Assembly: GCA_013335095.1 (NCBI GenBank)
Contig: JAAXWF010000001.1
Coordinates: 292,268 to 356,267, forward strand
Reading direction: 5' to 3'
DNA: 64,000 nucleotides
DNA from: a candidate division WWE3 bacterium
GTDB taxonomy: Bacteria > Patescibacteriota > 4484-211 > GCA-002791395
A model generated the notes under the pieces. That model saw nothing but the letters and a program-made list of their open reading frames with translations. It ran no database searches and was not told the DNA's origin. Shown piece after piece: positions 40,149 to 50,629 of the stretch. The translations under genes were made by a program, and so were the position numbers. How positions within the stretch are numbered: the stretch's first letter is position 1; each line of letters begins with the position of its first letter.

Positions 40149-41147
40149 ATGACCAATTTGTCTCCTTTTGCCTGGCTGACAGTACGTTATGTCCGCTTCT
40201 CGTGGAAAGTGTTAGTCATGATTTTTGCCATCCTCTCGGTTAGTGTGTCATTTACCTTCTTTTTTGCCGTTGATGCTAAAGCGTCTGAGCTGACTATTTC
40301 GTATGAACAATCTCAGCGTATTGCCCAAAAACGAATTGTAGCAGTGCGGGATTTGCAGGATAAAAAAATCGCATTAGATATTCAGCTCGCCAAAATTGAA
40401 ACCGATCTACCAGGCATTGTCCCAAATGCGGCGAGTTTATTAGTCGAGCGGTTTGTACTGGACTTGCAGGTTGGGGATTACCTTGATGCTAAAGATACAT
40501 TAGATCAAGCATCAAAGGTCGTATCCGAAATCCTGGCTAGACAAGACGAAATTGCTCAGGCTGAGATCGATCGACTGAATGCGTTGATCGATCAACAAAA
40601 TAAAGAAATGAACGAAATCTTTGCAGATAGATCAAACATATCTACCGAAAAATTAGCATCCGTCAAAGACAAAACTAAGAAGCCAATTGAACGATTAGCT
40701 ACTGCCCGCGAACTTGTTGCAGCGATGGGGGAATCTATTCAACAACGGAAAGTTGAGATGCAGGATGCGGTTAAACAAATCGTCGTCAAAAAACACGAAA
40801 TGAAATTGTATATGTTTGAAAATGGCCGTGAGATATATTCAATGCCGGTATCATTGGGTAGACCAGGGGCAGCAACAAAATCGGGTCAATTCTCAATCCT
40901 CGATAAATTAGGCACTGTATGGAGTTTTTGGCAAATCTGGCTGCCTCAGTGGATGGGGATTTACTTTGCTGGCTCAAGCGAAAACGGCATTCACGGACTA
41001 CCGTTCGATAAAGCTGGTCATACGTATTGGAAAAATGATATTGGGGTTAGAAACATAACATACGGTTGCGTGATGCCAAATGACGAAAATATGACTAAAT
41101 TGTACAATTGGGCCGAGGTCGGTATTCCTGTTACGGTAGTTGAATAG
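40149..41147 (+). CDS. L,D-transpeptidase (YkuD) with coiled-coil stalk
   Basis: GIHGLP...TYGCV motif; PVSLG; N-terminal TM helix. Confidence 0.85.
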   Translation: MTNLSPFAWLTVRYVRFSWKVLVMIFAILSVSVSFTFFFAVDAKASELTISYEQSQRIAQKRIVAVRDLQDKKIALDIQLAKIETDLPGIVPNAASLLVERFVLDLQVGDYLDAKDTLDQASKVVSEILARQDEIAQAEIDRLNALIDQQNKEMNEIFADRSNISTEKLASVKDKTKKPIERLATARELVAAMGESIQQRKVEMQDAVKQIVVKKHEMKLYMFENGREIYSMPVSLGRPGAATKSGQFSILDKLGTVWSFWQIWLPQWMGIYFAGSSENGIHGLPFDKAGHTYWKNDIGVRNITYGCVMPNDENMTKLYNWAEVGIPVTVVE

Positions 41148-41197
41148 CTAATCTATTTGTTCGCGTTACAAGTTACTATAGTACAATATCTTTACGT

Positions 41198-41794
41198 ATG
41201 CTTCATTCTGGATTGCGAATCTTTGCGTTTGTTATATCACGAATCTTTAGTCCCTTCGTCGCCATACCGTTGCTTCTTTTCTATCTTCTTTTTAATAACA
41301 CCAATCTGAATTCATACCAGCAACTGCATTACTTTCCGGTTATCGTTGGATTTAATTATGTTGCACCGATTGGTTTATTTCTATTTTTCCGATGGAAGCG
41401 ATGGATATCAGACTTAGAAGTCCGAACATGGTCGCAACGATTAATACTGTTGACGTTAGTTTCTTTTGTGAGTTGGATTGGCGTACTCTTCGCCTTTGTT
41501 GTTGGGCTTCCAAGTTTGTTCGTGTCACTTTTAGGGTACGAAGTCCTTGTATTAACGGCGCTAACTTTCTTGTCTCGGTATACCAAGGTTAGCCTTCATA
41601 TTGGTATTAACAGTGCACTGTACTTTATTATCGTACAGATTTTTGGTGCGACTTGGTGGTGGCTCTGTGTTGTCCTTATACTTATCGGATGGGCGAGGTG
41701 GTATCTAAAACATCATACTGTATCTCAGCTCCTTTTGGGCTTTTTCTCAGCTGGAGCGGTTTTCTTGACAGGTGGGTTCGCCATGTTAGAATAA
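41198..41794 (+). CDS. PAP2-superfamily membrane protein
   Basis: KVSLH and WARWYLKHHTVSQ motifs; multiple TM helices. Confidence 0.7.
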   Translation: MLHSGLRIFAFVISRIFSPFVAIPLLLFYLLFNNTNLNSYQQLHYFPVIVGFNYVAPIGLFLFFRWKRWISDLEVRTWSQRLILLTLVSFVSWIGVLFAFVVGLPSLFVSLLGYEVLVLTALTFLSRYTKVSLHIGINSALYFIIVQIFGATWWWLCVVLILIGWARWYLKHHTVSQLLLGFFSAGAVFLTGGFAMLE

Positions 41795-41798
41795 CGGC

Positions 41799-42041
41799 AT
41801 GAAGCACTATTCGGGCCTTCCCATAGTCGGTCCTGCTTCGGTTAACGGCGTTTATCGGATCGGCGAGGACTTTGAACAAAGTGTTAGTTCAGTATTAACT
41901 CACGATGCCGCGACTAAAATCACTCTCCAAGCACTCAGTCGTAAGTTAATGCAGTCCGAAGGATTGATTAAAGATGAAGTCGATGCCGAAGACACGGTTT
42001 CTCTCCTCTTATTAGATGAAAATTTTGAAGGGGAGGAATAA
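41799..42041 (+). CDS. Small acidic hypothetical protein
   Basis: ORF tightly spaced after the preceding gene. Confidence 0.5.
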   Translation: MKHYSGLPIVGPASVNGVYRIGEDFEQSVSSVLTHDAATKITLQALSRKLMQSEGLIKDEVDAEDTVSLLLLDENFEGEE

Positions 42042-42110
42042 GCTGTATTTTCACCAAGAATACGGTTCTGTTCTTATAGCATTTTCAAACTATTTAGATA
42101 CAATTGGCAT

Positions 42111-42692
42111 ATGAGATTTTCTGAAATTGAGATTTCTGAACTAGCTAAAGCGTGGGTTGCGATATCTTTTGCGTTTGCAATCGCTGGTCGTGGCGGATTC
42201 GATTCCGATTTCGGGTATATCTTTTTAACCACCGCACTGACGGTTGGCGTGGCATTTATATTACATGAACTCGCTCATAAATTTGTTGCACAGCGGTTTG
42301 GCTGCTGGGCAGAATTTCGTTCATATGACACCGGATTAATTCTTGCGATAGTGATGAGCATTTTTACTGGATTTGTATTTGCCGCTCCTGGTGCTGTGAT
42401 GATTTCTGGTCTTGTCACAGCCGATGAAAATGGAAAGATTGCGGCTGCTGGTCCAATTACAAACTTAATTCTCGCTGGGATCTTTTGGATACTTATTTTA
42501 TTTGCTCCATCGACGTTGAATTGGATGGTATTTAGCTTTCTTTATAGTGGGTTTACCGTCAATGCTTGGTTAGCATTATTTAACCTAATTCCGATACCGC
42601 CATTAGATGGTTCCAAAATTTTGCCGTGGTCTCGGCCAGTCTGGATTACCCTTTTGGCGATTGCCGGATATTTGACATTTTTTGTCTTTTAG
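42111..42692 (+). CDS. Site-2 protease (peptidase M50)
   Basis: HELAH, AAGPITN, FNLIPIPPLDG. Confidence 0.92.
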   Translation: MRFSEIEISELAKAWVAISFAFAIAGRGGFDSDFGYIFLTTALTVGVAFILHELAHKFVAQRFGCWAEFRSYDTGLILAIVMSIFTGFVFAAPGAVMISGLVTADENGKIAAAGPITNLILAGIFWILILFAPSTLNWMVFSFLYSGFTVNAWLALFNLIPIPPLDGSKILPWSRPVWITLLAIAGYLTFFVF

Positions 42693-42736
42693 CAGATTAT
42701 TGACACGATTGCCAGTTATGTTATTATGTTCACGTC

Positions 42737-45208
42737 ATGGGATTATTTGACCGTAAAAACAAACCAGAATCAGCTGATGAACCAATAAATTCACCCAAAG
42801 AAAATAAAGATCACCAAATACCGAAAGAGCTTCCGGTAATTGCCTTAAAGAATACTGTAATATATCCACACACTGTTGTGCCGGTATTCTTTGAAGATGC
42901 CGCATCGCTATCTGCTCTTGAGGCCGCTCAAAAGCAAGGTGGAATGATCGGCTCATTTGCCCTCAAGGACGATGCTCGTAAGCGAATAGAAACTGAGGAT
43001 AATGACACTGAAGTCGAGGACGATGATACGCCTGTTACCGAAGGTGATAAAACCGAATCTTCTCGAGTAAAACCAGCTGATTTATATCGTATCGGTACCG
43101 CGTGTTTAATCCATCGGGTAATGCCAATATCCGGCCGACAGGGGGCAATGGTGGTTCTCCAGGGATTATCTAAAGTAAACGCCCTCCAAATGTGGCGCGA
43201 GCAACCATATATCACGGCAATGGTTGAAGTTATCGAAGAAGAGTCCAGTGAAAGTAAAGAAATTCGAGCGCTGATGAAAAATGCGCTTTCAACCGCACAG
43301 CGAATTATCCAGAATACCCCGTACCTTCCGCAAGAACTACAGATAGCGCTTGAAGATCTGAGCGATCCTTTAAAGTTTGTGTATCTACTAGCTACATTGG
43401 TTCGATTTGATGCATCTGAAAAACAGATGATCTTAGAAGAGGTTCTGGTCGAAGATAAATTAAAGAAAACCGCTGCGATTCTTTCTCGCGAATTAGAGCA
43501 GATTGAGCTAGGGGGCAAGATCGTCTCAAACGTTAAAAAAGAATTTAACCGGATGAGCCGTGAGGCATTTTTACGCCAGCAATTGAAAGAAATTCAACGT
43601 GAATTAGGCGAAGAAAACGAATCTGCACAAGAAGCTGGCGAGTACCGCCAAAAGCTTGAAAAAGGTAAATTCCCTAAAGAATTCGTCAAAGAGATATCTC
43701 GAGAAATCGACCGGCTCGAAACTATGCATCCGCAATCGTCTGAATATCAGGTCATTCGAACCTATCTTGATTGGGTATTTGATATCCCGTGGACGTTACA
43801 AAGTCGTAAAAAGCCAGGTCTTGCGACTGTCGAAAAAGTTCTTAATGCCGATCATTATGGACTAAAAGAAACGAAAGAACGTATTTTAGAGTACCTGGCA
43901 GTGCGTCAACTGAATAAAAATCACCATGGTCCGATCTTGTGTTTGGTTGGACCTCCGGGTGTCGGTAAAACGTCTCTAGGTAAATCGATCGCTAAAGCAT
44001 TAGGGAAATCGTTTATCCGAATGAGCTTGGGTGGAGTACATGATGAGGCCGAAATCCGAGGCCATCGACGAACATATGTTGGTGCGATGCCCGGTAAGGT
44101 TATTCAAGGTATGCGCCGAGCTGAATCTATTGATCCAGTGTTTATGCTTGATGAGATCGATAAAGTAGGCAATGATTACCGCGGCGATCCTTCTTCGGCA
44201 CTGCTTGAGGTGCTTGATCCAGAACAGAACAATACTTTTAGAGATCATTATTTAGACCTGGATTATGACTTGTCGAACGTCTTTTTTATAGCTACAGCTA
44301 ACGTTCTCGAAACCATTCAGCCAGCACTCCGTGATCGTATGGAGATAATTCAACTCTCAGGATACGTTGATGGGGAGAAGATTGAAATTGCTAAACGCCA
44401 TATTTGGCCAAAAGTGCTTGAACGACATGGGATTGAACCAAAACAGGTTAAAATCACGGATGATATTTTCCCGACGATTATTAATCAATATACCCAAGAA
44501 GCCGGGGTTCGTGGTTTGGAGAAACAGTTATCCAGGCTTGCCCGTAAAATTGCATTCCATATAGTCAAAACGAAAGAGCGGAGAATAACGATAGATGAAG
44601 CTAAGTTAAGAGAATTTCTAGGACCTCAGAGGGTATTTCCGGAAGTTGCTGCACGAACCGCAAATCCAGGTGTTGCAACCGGTTTAGCGTGGACCGCCGC
44701 AGGTGGAGAGATCTTATTTATCGAAGCAAATAAAATGCCAGGGGGAAAGAAATTTGAACTAACCGGTCAGCTTGGAGCTGTGATGAAGGAGTCCGCTAAA
44801 ATTGCATATAGTTTGGTTAGGGCTCGTTCTGAACAGTTGGGCATCGCATCAGACTTTTTTACTAAACACGATATTCATTTACACGTGCCGGCCGGTGCCG
44901 TGCCTAAAGATGGTCCAAGTGCTGGTATCACAATGACTACCGCAATTGCATCACTGGCATTAGGGCGACCTGTTCGGAATGATTTTGCAATGACTGGTGA
45001 AATTACATTAAGTGGTCTGGTTTTACCGATTGGGGGGGTGAAGGAGAAAGTTATTGCGGCCCGTCGGGCAGGTATAAAGACGGTGCTGTTGCCAGAAAAA
45101 AATCGCGCTGATATTAAAGAGGTCGATCCTTCATTAATTGAAGGTCTATCATTTGAATTTGCCGAGACTATCGATCAGGTATTAGATATTGCCTTGTTAA
45201 ACAATTAA
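42737..45208 (+). CDS. lon: ATP-dependent Lon protease
   Basis: GPPGVGKT, IRGHRRTYVGAMPG, PKDGPSAG, IGGVKEK. Confidence 0.97.
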   Translation: MGLFDRKNKPESADEPINSPKENKDHQIPKELPVIALKNTVIYPHTVVPVFFEDAASLSALEAAQKQGGMIGSFALKDDARKRIETEDNDTEVEDDDTPVTEGDKTESSRVKPADLYRIGTACLIHRVMPISGRQGAMVVLQGLSKVNALQMWREQPYITAMVEVIEEESSESKEIRALMKNALSTAQRIIQNTPYLPQELQIALEDLSDPLKFVYLLATLVRFDASEKQMILEEVLVEDKLKKTAAILSRELEQIELGGKIVSNVKKEFNRMSREAFLRQQLKEIQRELGEENESAQEAGEYRQKLEKGKFPKEFVKEISREIDRLETMHPQSSEYQVIRTYLDWVFDIPWTLQSRKKPGLATVEKVLNADHYGLKETKERILEYLAVRQLNKNHHGPILCLVGPPGVGKTSLGKSIAKALGKSFIRMSLGGVHDEAEIRGHRRTYVGAMPGKVIQGMRRAESIDPVFMLDEIDKVGNDYRGDPSSALLEVLDPEQNNTFRDHYLDLDYDLSNVFFIATANVLETIQPALRDRMEIIQLSGYVDGEKIEIAKRHIWPKVLERHGIEPKQVKITDDIFPTIINQYTQEAGVRGLEKQLSRLARKIAFHIVKTKERRITIDEAKLREFLGPQRVFPEVAARTANPGVATGLAWTAAGGEILFIEANKMPGGKKFELTGQLGAVMKESAKIAYSLVRARSEQLGIASDFFTKHDIHLHVPAGAVPKDGPSAGITMTTAIASLALGRPVRNDFAMTGEITLSGLVLPIGGVKEKVIAARRAGIKTVLLPEKNRADIKEVDPSLIEGLSFEFAETIDQVLDIALLNN

Positions 45209-45438
45209 TTTGGTAAATCGTTCGAGTGTTCGTTATATTTTCCCTATCTTTCTATTTGAATAAAACAATTTAAATATCATTGTTTTCCATTGTCGTTGAG
45301 TCGGGGATTGTCTCTGTTTTATCCAGTAAACGCCGCGAGTCTTATAGTATGCGGGAATTATTTAGTGCTATGTAAATGTTGTTATAGATTGACCTAACGG
45401 TTAAAAACCGACTATTCCACGTATTTACTAACATCGTG

Positions 45439-45467
45439 TTGACACATTACAGGATGGTATGTATAAT
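45439..45467 (+). promoter_or_regulatory. Consensus sigma70 promoter with no downstream ORF
   Basis: TTGACA-17-TATAAT. Confidence 0.75.
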
Positions 45468-45473
45468 TCTTAC

Positions 45474-45578
45474 ATAACGCTGAAATGTACCCAGTTCCCA
45501 GTGTTTGGCTTAGACGGTATTAACCTTGAGTTGATGCATGTTCGAAGCTGGGCACTTGGATCTGGGTATATTTTTATT
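45474..45578 (+). ncRNA. Rod-shaped sRNA candidate
   Basis: 45483-45573 folds into one long G-U-rich hairpin followed by a T tract. Confidence 0.55.
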
Positions 45579-45618
45579 GGTTAAACTTTTCCCCCAAAAT
45601 TAAAAAGGAAGTACGTGT

Positions 45619-46113
45619 TTACTCTTCAATATCGTTAGTCATGCGGATTATCTCTTCTTCTATTATTTGATCTGTCACTCCTAGGAGTAGGGCATTTTGA
45701 CGAATTTTCATATTAATCTCGTTATTAACAGCCTGAAATTCATCGCGGCATTGGGTTAGCTCATGAACTATCTTGGTTCGGCCTCGATTCGTATTTAATA
45801 GTCCGGCATGTTGCCAGAAATAATGATGGGTTAAATGATTTCGTTGGTTTAGTACATTAAATAACCTTTTGACAAAGCGAGTGTCAGATGTTTGGTATCT
45901 AAATTTGAAAATAAGATTACCGAGTGTTTGTTGCGACAGATCATCAACTACTTCGTCATACGTATCGGGTTGATTGGTCGTTGGTGTTGTATCGTCGAGT
46001 AATGATAGAAGCATGGCCAAATTGCGTTCAATTGATTGTGAGAGGAATAAAACTAACCCGAAAAGTGAATATATTTCTTGCAACTGCGCTTGCTTTACCG
46101 CTTCTTGATTCAT
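45619..46113 (-). CDS. Hypothetical helical protein
   Basis: 164-aa ORF, TLGNLI and RNHLTH motifs; TACAAT 6 nt before ATG. Confidence 0.65.
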   Translation of the reverse strand: MNQEAVKQAQLQEIYSLFGLVLFLSQSIERNLAMLLSLLDDTTPTTNQPDTYDEVVDDLSQQTLGNLIFKFRYQTSDTRFVKRLFNVLNQRNHLTHHYFWQHAGLLNTNRGRTKIVHELTQCRDEFQAVNNEINMKIRQNALLLGVTDQIIEEEIIRMTNDIEE

Positions 46114-46152
46114 TGCTCGATTGTACCCTTAATGTAAATACGCGACTCTAAT

Positions 46153-47091
46153 CTATTTGTCGTAAACCCCAATTAATTTTGCAGTAGTTAGAAACCGGTT
46201 TATTGGATTTCCGGGAGGATCGCATGTCTGAAGTGTTAATGCTGGATAGTCATGTTTGCGTGTTAAAACGGTGGTGTCAAAGCTTGGGACAACTTCTTGT
46301 TGAGTTATTTCGTAATCAAATCTTTTGTTATTGTGAAAAACTGTAATCTTATCGCCTAATGTAAGTTGTTTTGTTTTAGTAAATACCGCAGCATAGCGAG
46401 CGATATTGGCTTCATTTGCAGTTGAATGGGCGAATAAGTAGGTGTTTGTATTTGGTTCATCGGTAGGTAAGCTGGTGCCTTTAGCGTGGGCTACACCTAT
46501 TTCAAGAGCTTTCATGTATGCTTGGCGATCATTGACTGGCGTATCTAGTGCGATCGGGCTGTTTACTCCAATTTTAGGAATGATGATACTGGCTGTTCGA
46601 TTAATTGGCTCAACTCCAATGTTTGGGCCGATTATCTTTATTGTTCCGATATAATCCGTCTCTTCGCTTGTTATGTCTTGATTTTCCTCTTGTTGTGTTT
46701 GTTCTCCTAAGACTTGTTCTTCGGTTATTGTAGTTGATGAATCAGTAAATAAATCAGCCGTTATCCCTCTACTATCTGTTTGAGGAGTATTGGAGTCTTG
46801 GGTCGGTTCAATTATGGGCGTTTCGGTTATTTGAGGTGTTTCAGTAATTGTCGGTATCGTTTCGGCTACGATTGTTCCGGTTTTTCCCGTGAATACCGAT
46901 CCATAAATTTCACGAACATCGATTGGAGAGGGTTCTACGTCAGCCTGAGTCTTGGGTGGAGTTCTAAATGCCTTTAAATCCGGCAGGTAGCTGGTAATGG
47001 TGAATAGTCCTACCGAGATAAAGAATGTTGCGGAAAGGGGCTTGAGTTTTGACACTCTTAATATATAGCACGATTGCGGTGATATAATCAA
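46153..47091 (-). CDS. Sortase
   Basis: GVAHAKGT, YLFAHS, LTLQTCDPPG..R; start uncertain. Confidence 0.85.
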   Translation of the reverse strand: MIISPQSCYILRVSKLKPLSATFFISVGLFTITSYLPDLKAFRTPPKTQADVEPSPIDVREIYGSVFTGKTGTIVAETIPTITETPQITETPIIEPTQDSNTPQTDSRGITADLFTDSSTTITEEQVLGEQTQQEENQDITSEETDYIGTIKIIGPNIGVEPINRTASIIIPKIGVNSPIALDTPVNDRQAYMKALEIGVAHAKGTSLPTDEPNTNTYLFAHSTANEANIARYAAVFTKTKQLTLGDKITVFHNNKRFDYEITQQEVVPSFDTTVLTRKHDYPALTLQTCDPPGNPINRFLTTAKLIGVYDK

Positions 47092-47176
47092 TCAAAAGCC
47101 GTATTTTAATCTGTCTGAAAGGGGATTAATTTATGTTTTTGAGATTAGGTGTTATATACTTGTTTTGTTGAATTTT

Positions 47177-47253
47177 GGGCGCGTAACTCAGTTGGTTAGA
47201 GTATCAAGCTTATACCTTGAAAGTCCCTGGTTCGAGTCCAGGCGCGCCCACCA
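47177..47253 (+). tRNA. tRNA-Ile(UAU)
   Basis: Anticodon arm TCAAG-CTTATAC-CTTGA; GTTCGAGTC; A73 + CCA. Confidence 0.92.
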
Positions 47254-47622
47254 GTTTTTTAGATTATCGGTTTTATCGTTATTCATTTTGACCATTTTCG
47301 TTTGACTCCTTATTTCTCTCAATGTAAAAGCATAATTTCTAGTTATTAGCTAAAAGTACTATTTTAAATTCATAGTTAACTGCGATCACTGTAAAATCAT
47401 TTCTATAGCGGGTTTCTATTACTATGCGTGTGATTTGGCTATCTTTGACTATTATGTCTTAAGTTGTCTTATTTGGTGAAACATTATGCTGGCTTTTGAC
47501 TAATACATAGGACTAGGGCGTTTTCTAGGCCCTTTTGTTTGTTTTGAAATAGACTAGGGGGTGGTTGAAGTCTGTTAATGTTGGATTTGATAACAAGGTA
47601 TAATAGGATGTGTTTCTGCTTT

Positions 47623-47699
47623 GGGCCTGTAGCTCAGTTGGCTAGAGCGCATGCATCGCACGCATGAGGTCAGGGGTTCGAGTCCCCTCAGGTCCACCA
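47623..47699 (+). tRNA. tRNA-Ala(CGC)
   Basis: G3-U70 pair; anticodon arm CATGC-ATCGCAC-GCATG; CCA. Confidence 0.94.
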
Positions 47700-48088
47700 T
47701 TTATCATTTATTGAGTACGAAGATTATTAGATTATAAAATTCACGGACTCTATCTATATATAACATTGCACCTCCTCCTACAAGAAAGTACGGTGTCGCT
47801 TTGCCTAAATTAATAGCCGCATTCTCTACGTATGGCTCAATTGCATGAACTAAAAACCACTTGAATAATCGGTCTCGTTTGTTTGGGGTTGTGTATTTTT
47901 TCTTCATCATTCTATTCGTATCTTACAAACTAAGTGCCCGTTTCTTATATATTTCAGTTTTTAGCAATTTCTCCGTTGGTGCTCTTACTTCTTATGATTA
48001 AAATTGCTGGGAAGTACTCCATGTTCTATAAGATCACTCTACTTGCCTGAGTTATAAAGATAACGACTTTGCTTTTTGATTCGCGTAT

Positions 48089-48221
48089 AAAAAAAGCCGC
48101 TCCTGTATATCTCAAACTCTTTCGAGTTCCCGGACTAAGTTCTTTTCTTTAGTTCGGTAGATAGACACGAGCGGCGCCTTTTGTTTAGGTAGCCTCCTCT
48201 TGATTTGAATTTATTATACCA
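48089..48221 (-). ncRNA. ORF-less SD-bearing structured transcript candidate
   Basis: TGGTATAAT, AGAGGAGGCTAC with no start codon, branched stem 48096-48175, U tract. Confidence 0.5.
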
Positions 48222-48519
48222 CCAGTCCGGTTGATTGGTTGAGTCATGTTAGATGTGTTTGTCGATTGCTTGGAGTGTTTGCTAATTGTTGGGTCGGTTA
48301 AATCGCTGCAACTTTATCGTAATTTTCTTTGAAGAATGAACCGTCACCGTAAAACCAGTGGTGCACTCCTATCTTGATGCAAGCTGTTCGCTTATAGATA
48401 TTTATGGTTATTGCAGAGCTTGTATACTCCGACTTGAGGCCTATAGTTTGACGATTTTGTGCTTTTCCCGTATACTAAAGCCACTTCATGTCCGTGGAAT
48501 TAACTAAAGGAGGTAGCCA

Positions 48520-49302
48520 ATGGCTACTATTCGAGGACGGAGTCTTGGACGGCTAAAGTTTGCCGAAGTCGAAGAGCTTTGCCCGATCCGGTGCGTGATT
48601 CACGACCAGCGGGTGACCCGTGATCAGATCGTTCATCCCGCTCCGGCTGAAGGGCGACTGATCAACAACCGAGGCTTCGCGTATGGCGAACTGACGAGCT
48701 CAGTTCAGGGGCCATTTCTGGTTCTGAATCATCCGGGTCTCTACAAGGGTACCAGGATGGTTCATTATGGCATGCACCAACAGCCCCTGAATTTCGAGGC
48801 TATTGAGGGGTATGAGATCCTCGAGGGTGATGTTCCCTCATTCGATCTCGGCATGCTTGAGCCTCGGCCGAATCGTCCCGCCGATGTGCGGGGGTGGAGC
48901 CTGTATGCCTACCTCACCGAGCGGTTCGGCAAGCATGACGCCGTGCTTGTCACCTGGCACAAGCCGGATGGCCGCCTCTACGACAGAGGTTTTTGGCCTA
49001 CCTATTTTCCGGTGACGCCGTCCGGGTTCGATCAGATTGCGGCACGTGAGTTGTTGGGGGAAAGCTATGTGCATAACCCCTACGGCCAAATGCCTGTGTC
49101 TTTGATCGAGCTGCTGATTGGCGGCCAGCTCGAGTACGTTGTACCTGGGAATCCGATCCCAGGAGATGTCCCGGCGACAGTCCAGATCTGGCCCAAAGCC
49201 AGACGGCTGGAGCGCTCGGATGCGTCCGTGATATGGGTGCAAGTCTCGGCCCACGCGCGGATGTTTGATGACATGGCTCCGGGAGCCATTAGTCTCGCCT
49301 AA
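48520..49302 (+). CDS. Orphan paralog family B, copy 1 (no zinc ribbon)
   Basis: HPGLYKG N-domain; YLTERFGKH C-domain. Confidence 0.75.
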   Translation: MATIRGRSLGRLKFAEVEELCPIRCVIHDQRVTRDQIVHPAPAEGRLINNRGFAYGELTSSVQGPFLVLNHPGLYKGTRMVHYGMHQQPLNFEAIEGYEILEGDVPSFDLGMLEPRPNRPADVRGWSLYAYLTERFGKHDAVLVTWHKPDGRLYDRGFWPTYFPVTPSGFDQIAARELLGESYVHNPYGQMPVSLIELLIGGQLEYVVPGNPIPGDVPATVQIWPKARRLERSDASVIWVQVSAHARMFDDMAPGAISLA

Positions 49303-49435
49303 GTTATTTCGAAAACGGAAAGGCAGGGGAAATTCCTCTGCCTTATTTTTTATTAACCCATAGTTTGACTTGTTCATTACTTTTTCTTATACTAATGCCA
49401 CATTTCGTATCGGAGACTATATAAGGAGGTAGCCA

Positions 49436-50497
49436 ATGGCTGCTGAGTTGGATACGGGAAATTTGTCCGATAAAACCTGGCGCGAGATCGCAGGGTTGTG
49501 TCCGTTGTCTGTTCGACTGATGCAAGGTCCCCTCGATGATTCCGTTTCGATCATACATCCAAACGGGACCGAAGGGGAGTTGACCGTCGTAATCCATGAT
49601 AACGGCTGGATTTTTCGCCATTCTGCCCTGCATAATGGCGAGGTGCAGATACCAGCGGCAGAGGGTGATGCGACACCGGCGGCATCGAGGATATCTCTTC
49701 GGATTTATGAAAATCCGGTGGTGGTGTGCCCAGTGTGTAGGCATCGTAACGACCCGACTTATCGATATTGTGATAACTGTGGGGCTGACCTAAGGTTTGG
49801 TGATGAGCGACGAGGGGCACCACGCGCTAAACCGTGGGTTGATAAACAGCCCTATCTTGCCGAACCGTTCCAGCCTACATTTGTCTCTCAATGTCCGGCA
49901 TGTGGGGCCTCGACTTTCGGGTATGAACAGTTCTGTGATAGTTGTGGGGCTCATCTTCGTCTTGGGAAGGCCACTATTAACCCACAGGGCGATCAGGCAC
50001 TCCCGCTTATTGCTTCCGCACCAGCTTCTTTTCAGTTGGAGCTAAACCCAAGTGTGGTGTTGCATACCACAACTTACAGGGAGCTGAAGCGGCGTTTTGG
50101 TGAGCACCGTGGAGTGTATATCACCTGGCAGGTGAGTTCTGGGGGCGCCCGGTATGGAGGTAATTACCCGTCGATAGTTTTCGCGGTTGACCCTGATGAG
50201 ATGCAGCGCATCGTAGCTCTGTCGGGTTACGGTAGCCGATGTCGGGTTTTGCCATACTCTTCAATGAACGACGCCTTAATTGCGCGTTTGCTCTCGGAAG
50301 AGGTGGTACAAAACCTCCCGATTCCACCCGAAGTTTCAAACATTCGGGCGGGGTTTGACGTCATGAGCGGACTTGCTTTGCTGGTGCAAGATAATGAAGC
50401 TCAGGTGATTGCTGTCGTTGTGGGAACCCATGCACTGCCATCTGAACTTCGTCGGCTGGGGTTGATCTCTGACGAAGAGGGTCCAGCCTCTGCCTAA
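49436..50497 (+). CDS. Orphan paralog family B, copy 2 (two zinc ribbons)
   Basis: CPVC..YCDNCG and CPACG..FCDSCG between the shared domains. Confidence 0.78.
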   Translation: MAAELDTGNLSDKTWREIAGLCPLSVRLMQGPLDDSVSIIHPNGTEGELTVVIHDNGWIFRHSALHNGEVQIPAAEGDATPAASRISLRIYENPVVVCPVCRHRNDPTYRYCDNCGADLRFGDERRGAPRAKPWVDKQPYLAEPFQPTFVSQCPACGASTFGYEQFCDSCGAHLRLGKATINPQGDQALPLIASAPASFQLELNPSVVLHTTTYRELKRRFGEHRGVYITWQVSSGGARYGGNYPSIVFAVDPDEMQRIVALSGYGSRCRVLPYSSMNDALIARLLSEEVVQNLPIPPEVSNIRAGFDVMSGLALLVQDNEAQVIAVVVGTHALPSELRRLGLISDEEGPASA

Positions 50498-50629
50498 TTC
50501 ATGTGTGCGATGTTGCCGGGGAGAAATCCTCGGCTTTTTTATATCTATACCCCATAGTTTGACTTGTCCTTTGTTTTTTCTTATACTAATGCCACTTCGT
50601 ATATCCTGGATTATCTAAGGAGGTAGCCC

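Noticed and set aside
28385-45330. Weak similarity TGAGTCGG..TCTGTTT..ATCC between intergenic regions at ~28390 and ~45300
   Set aside because: Short, gapped and in AT-rich DNA; significance cannot be supported by eye
47704-47910. 68-aa minus-strand ORF after tRNA-Ala
   Set aside because: No recognisable family or clear start signals; possibly a remnant
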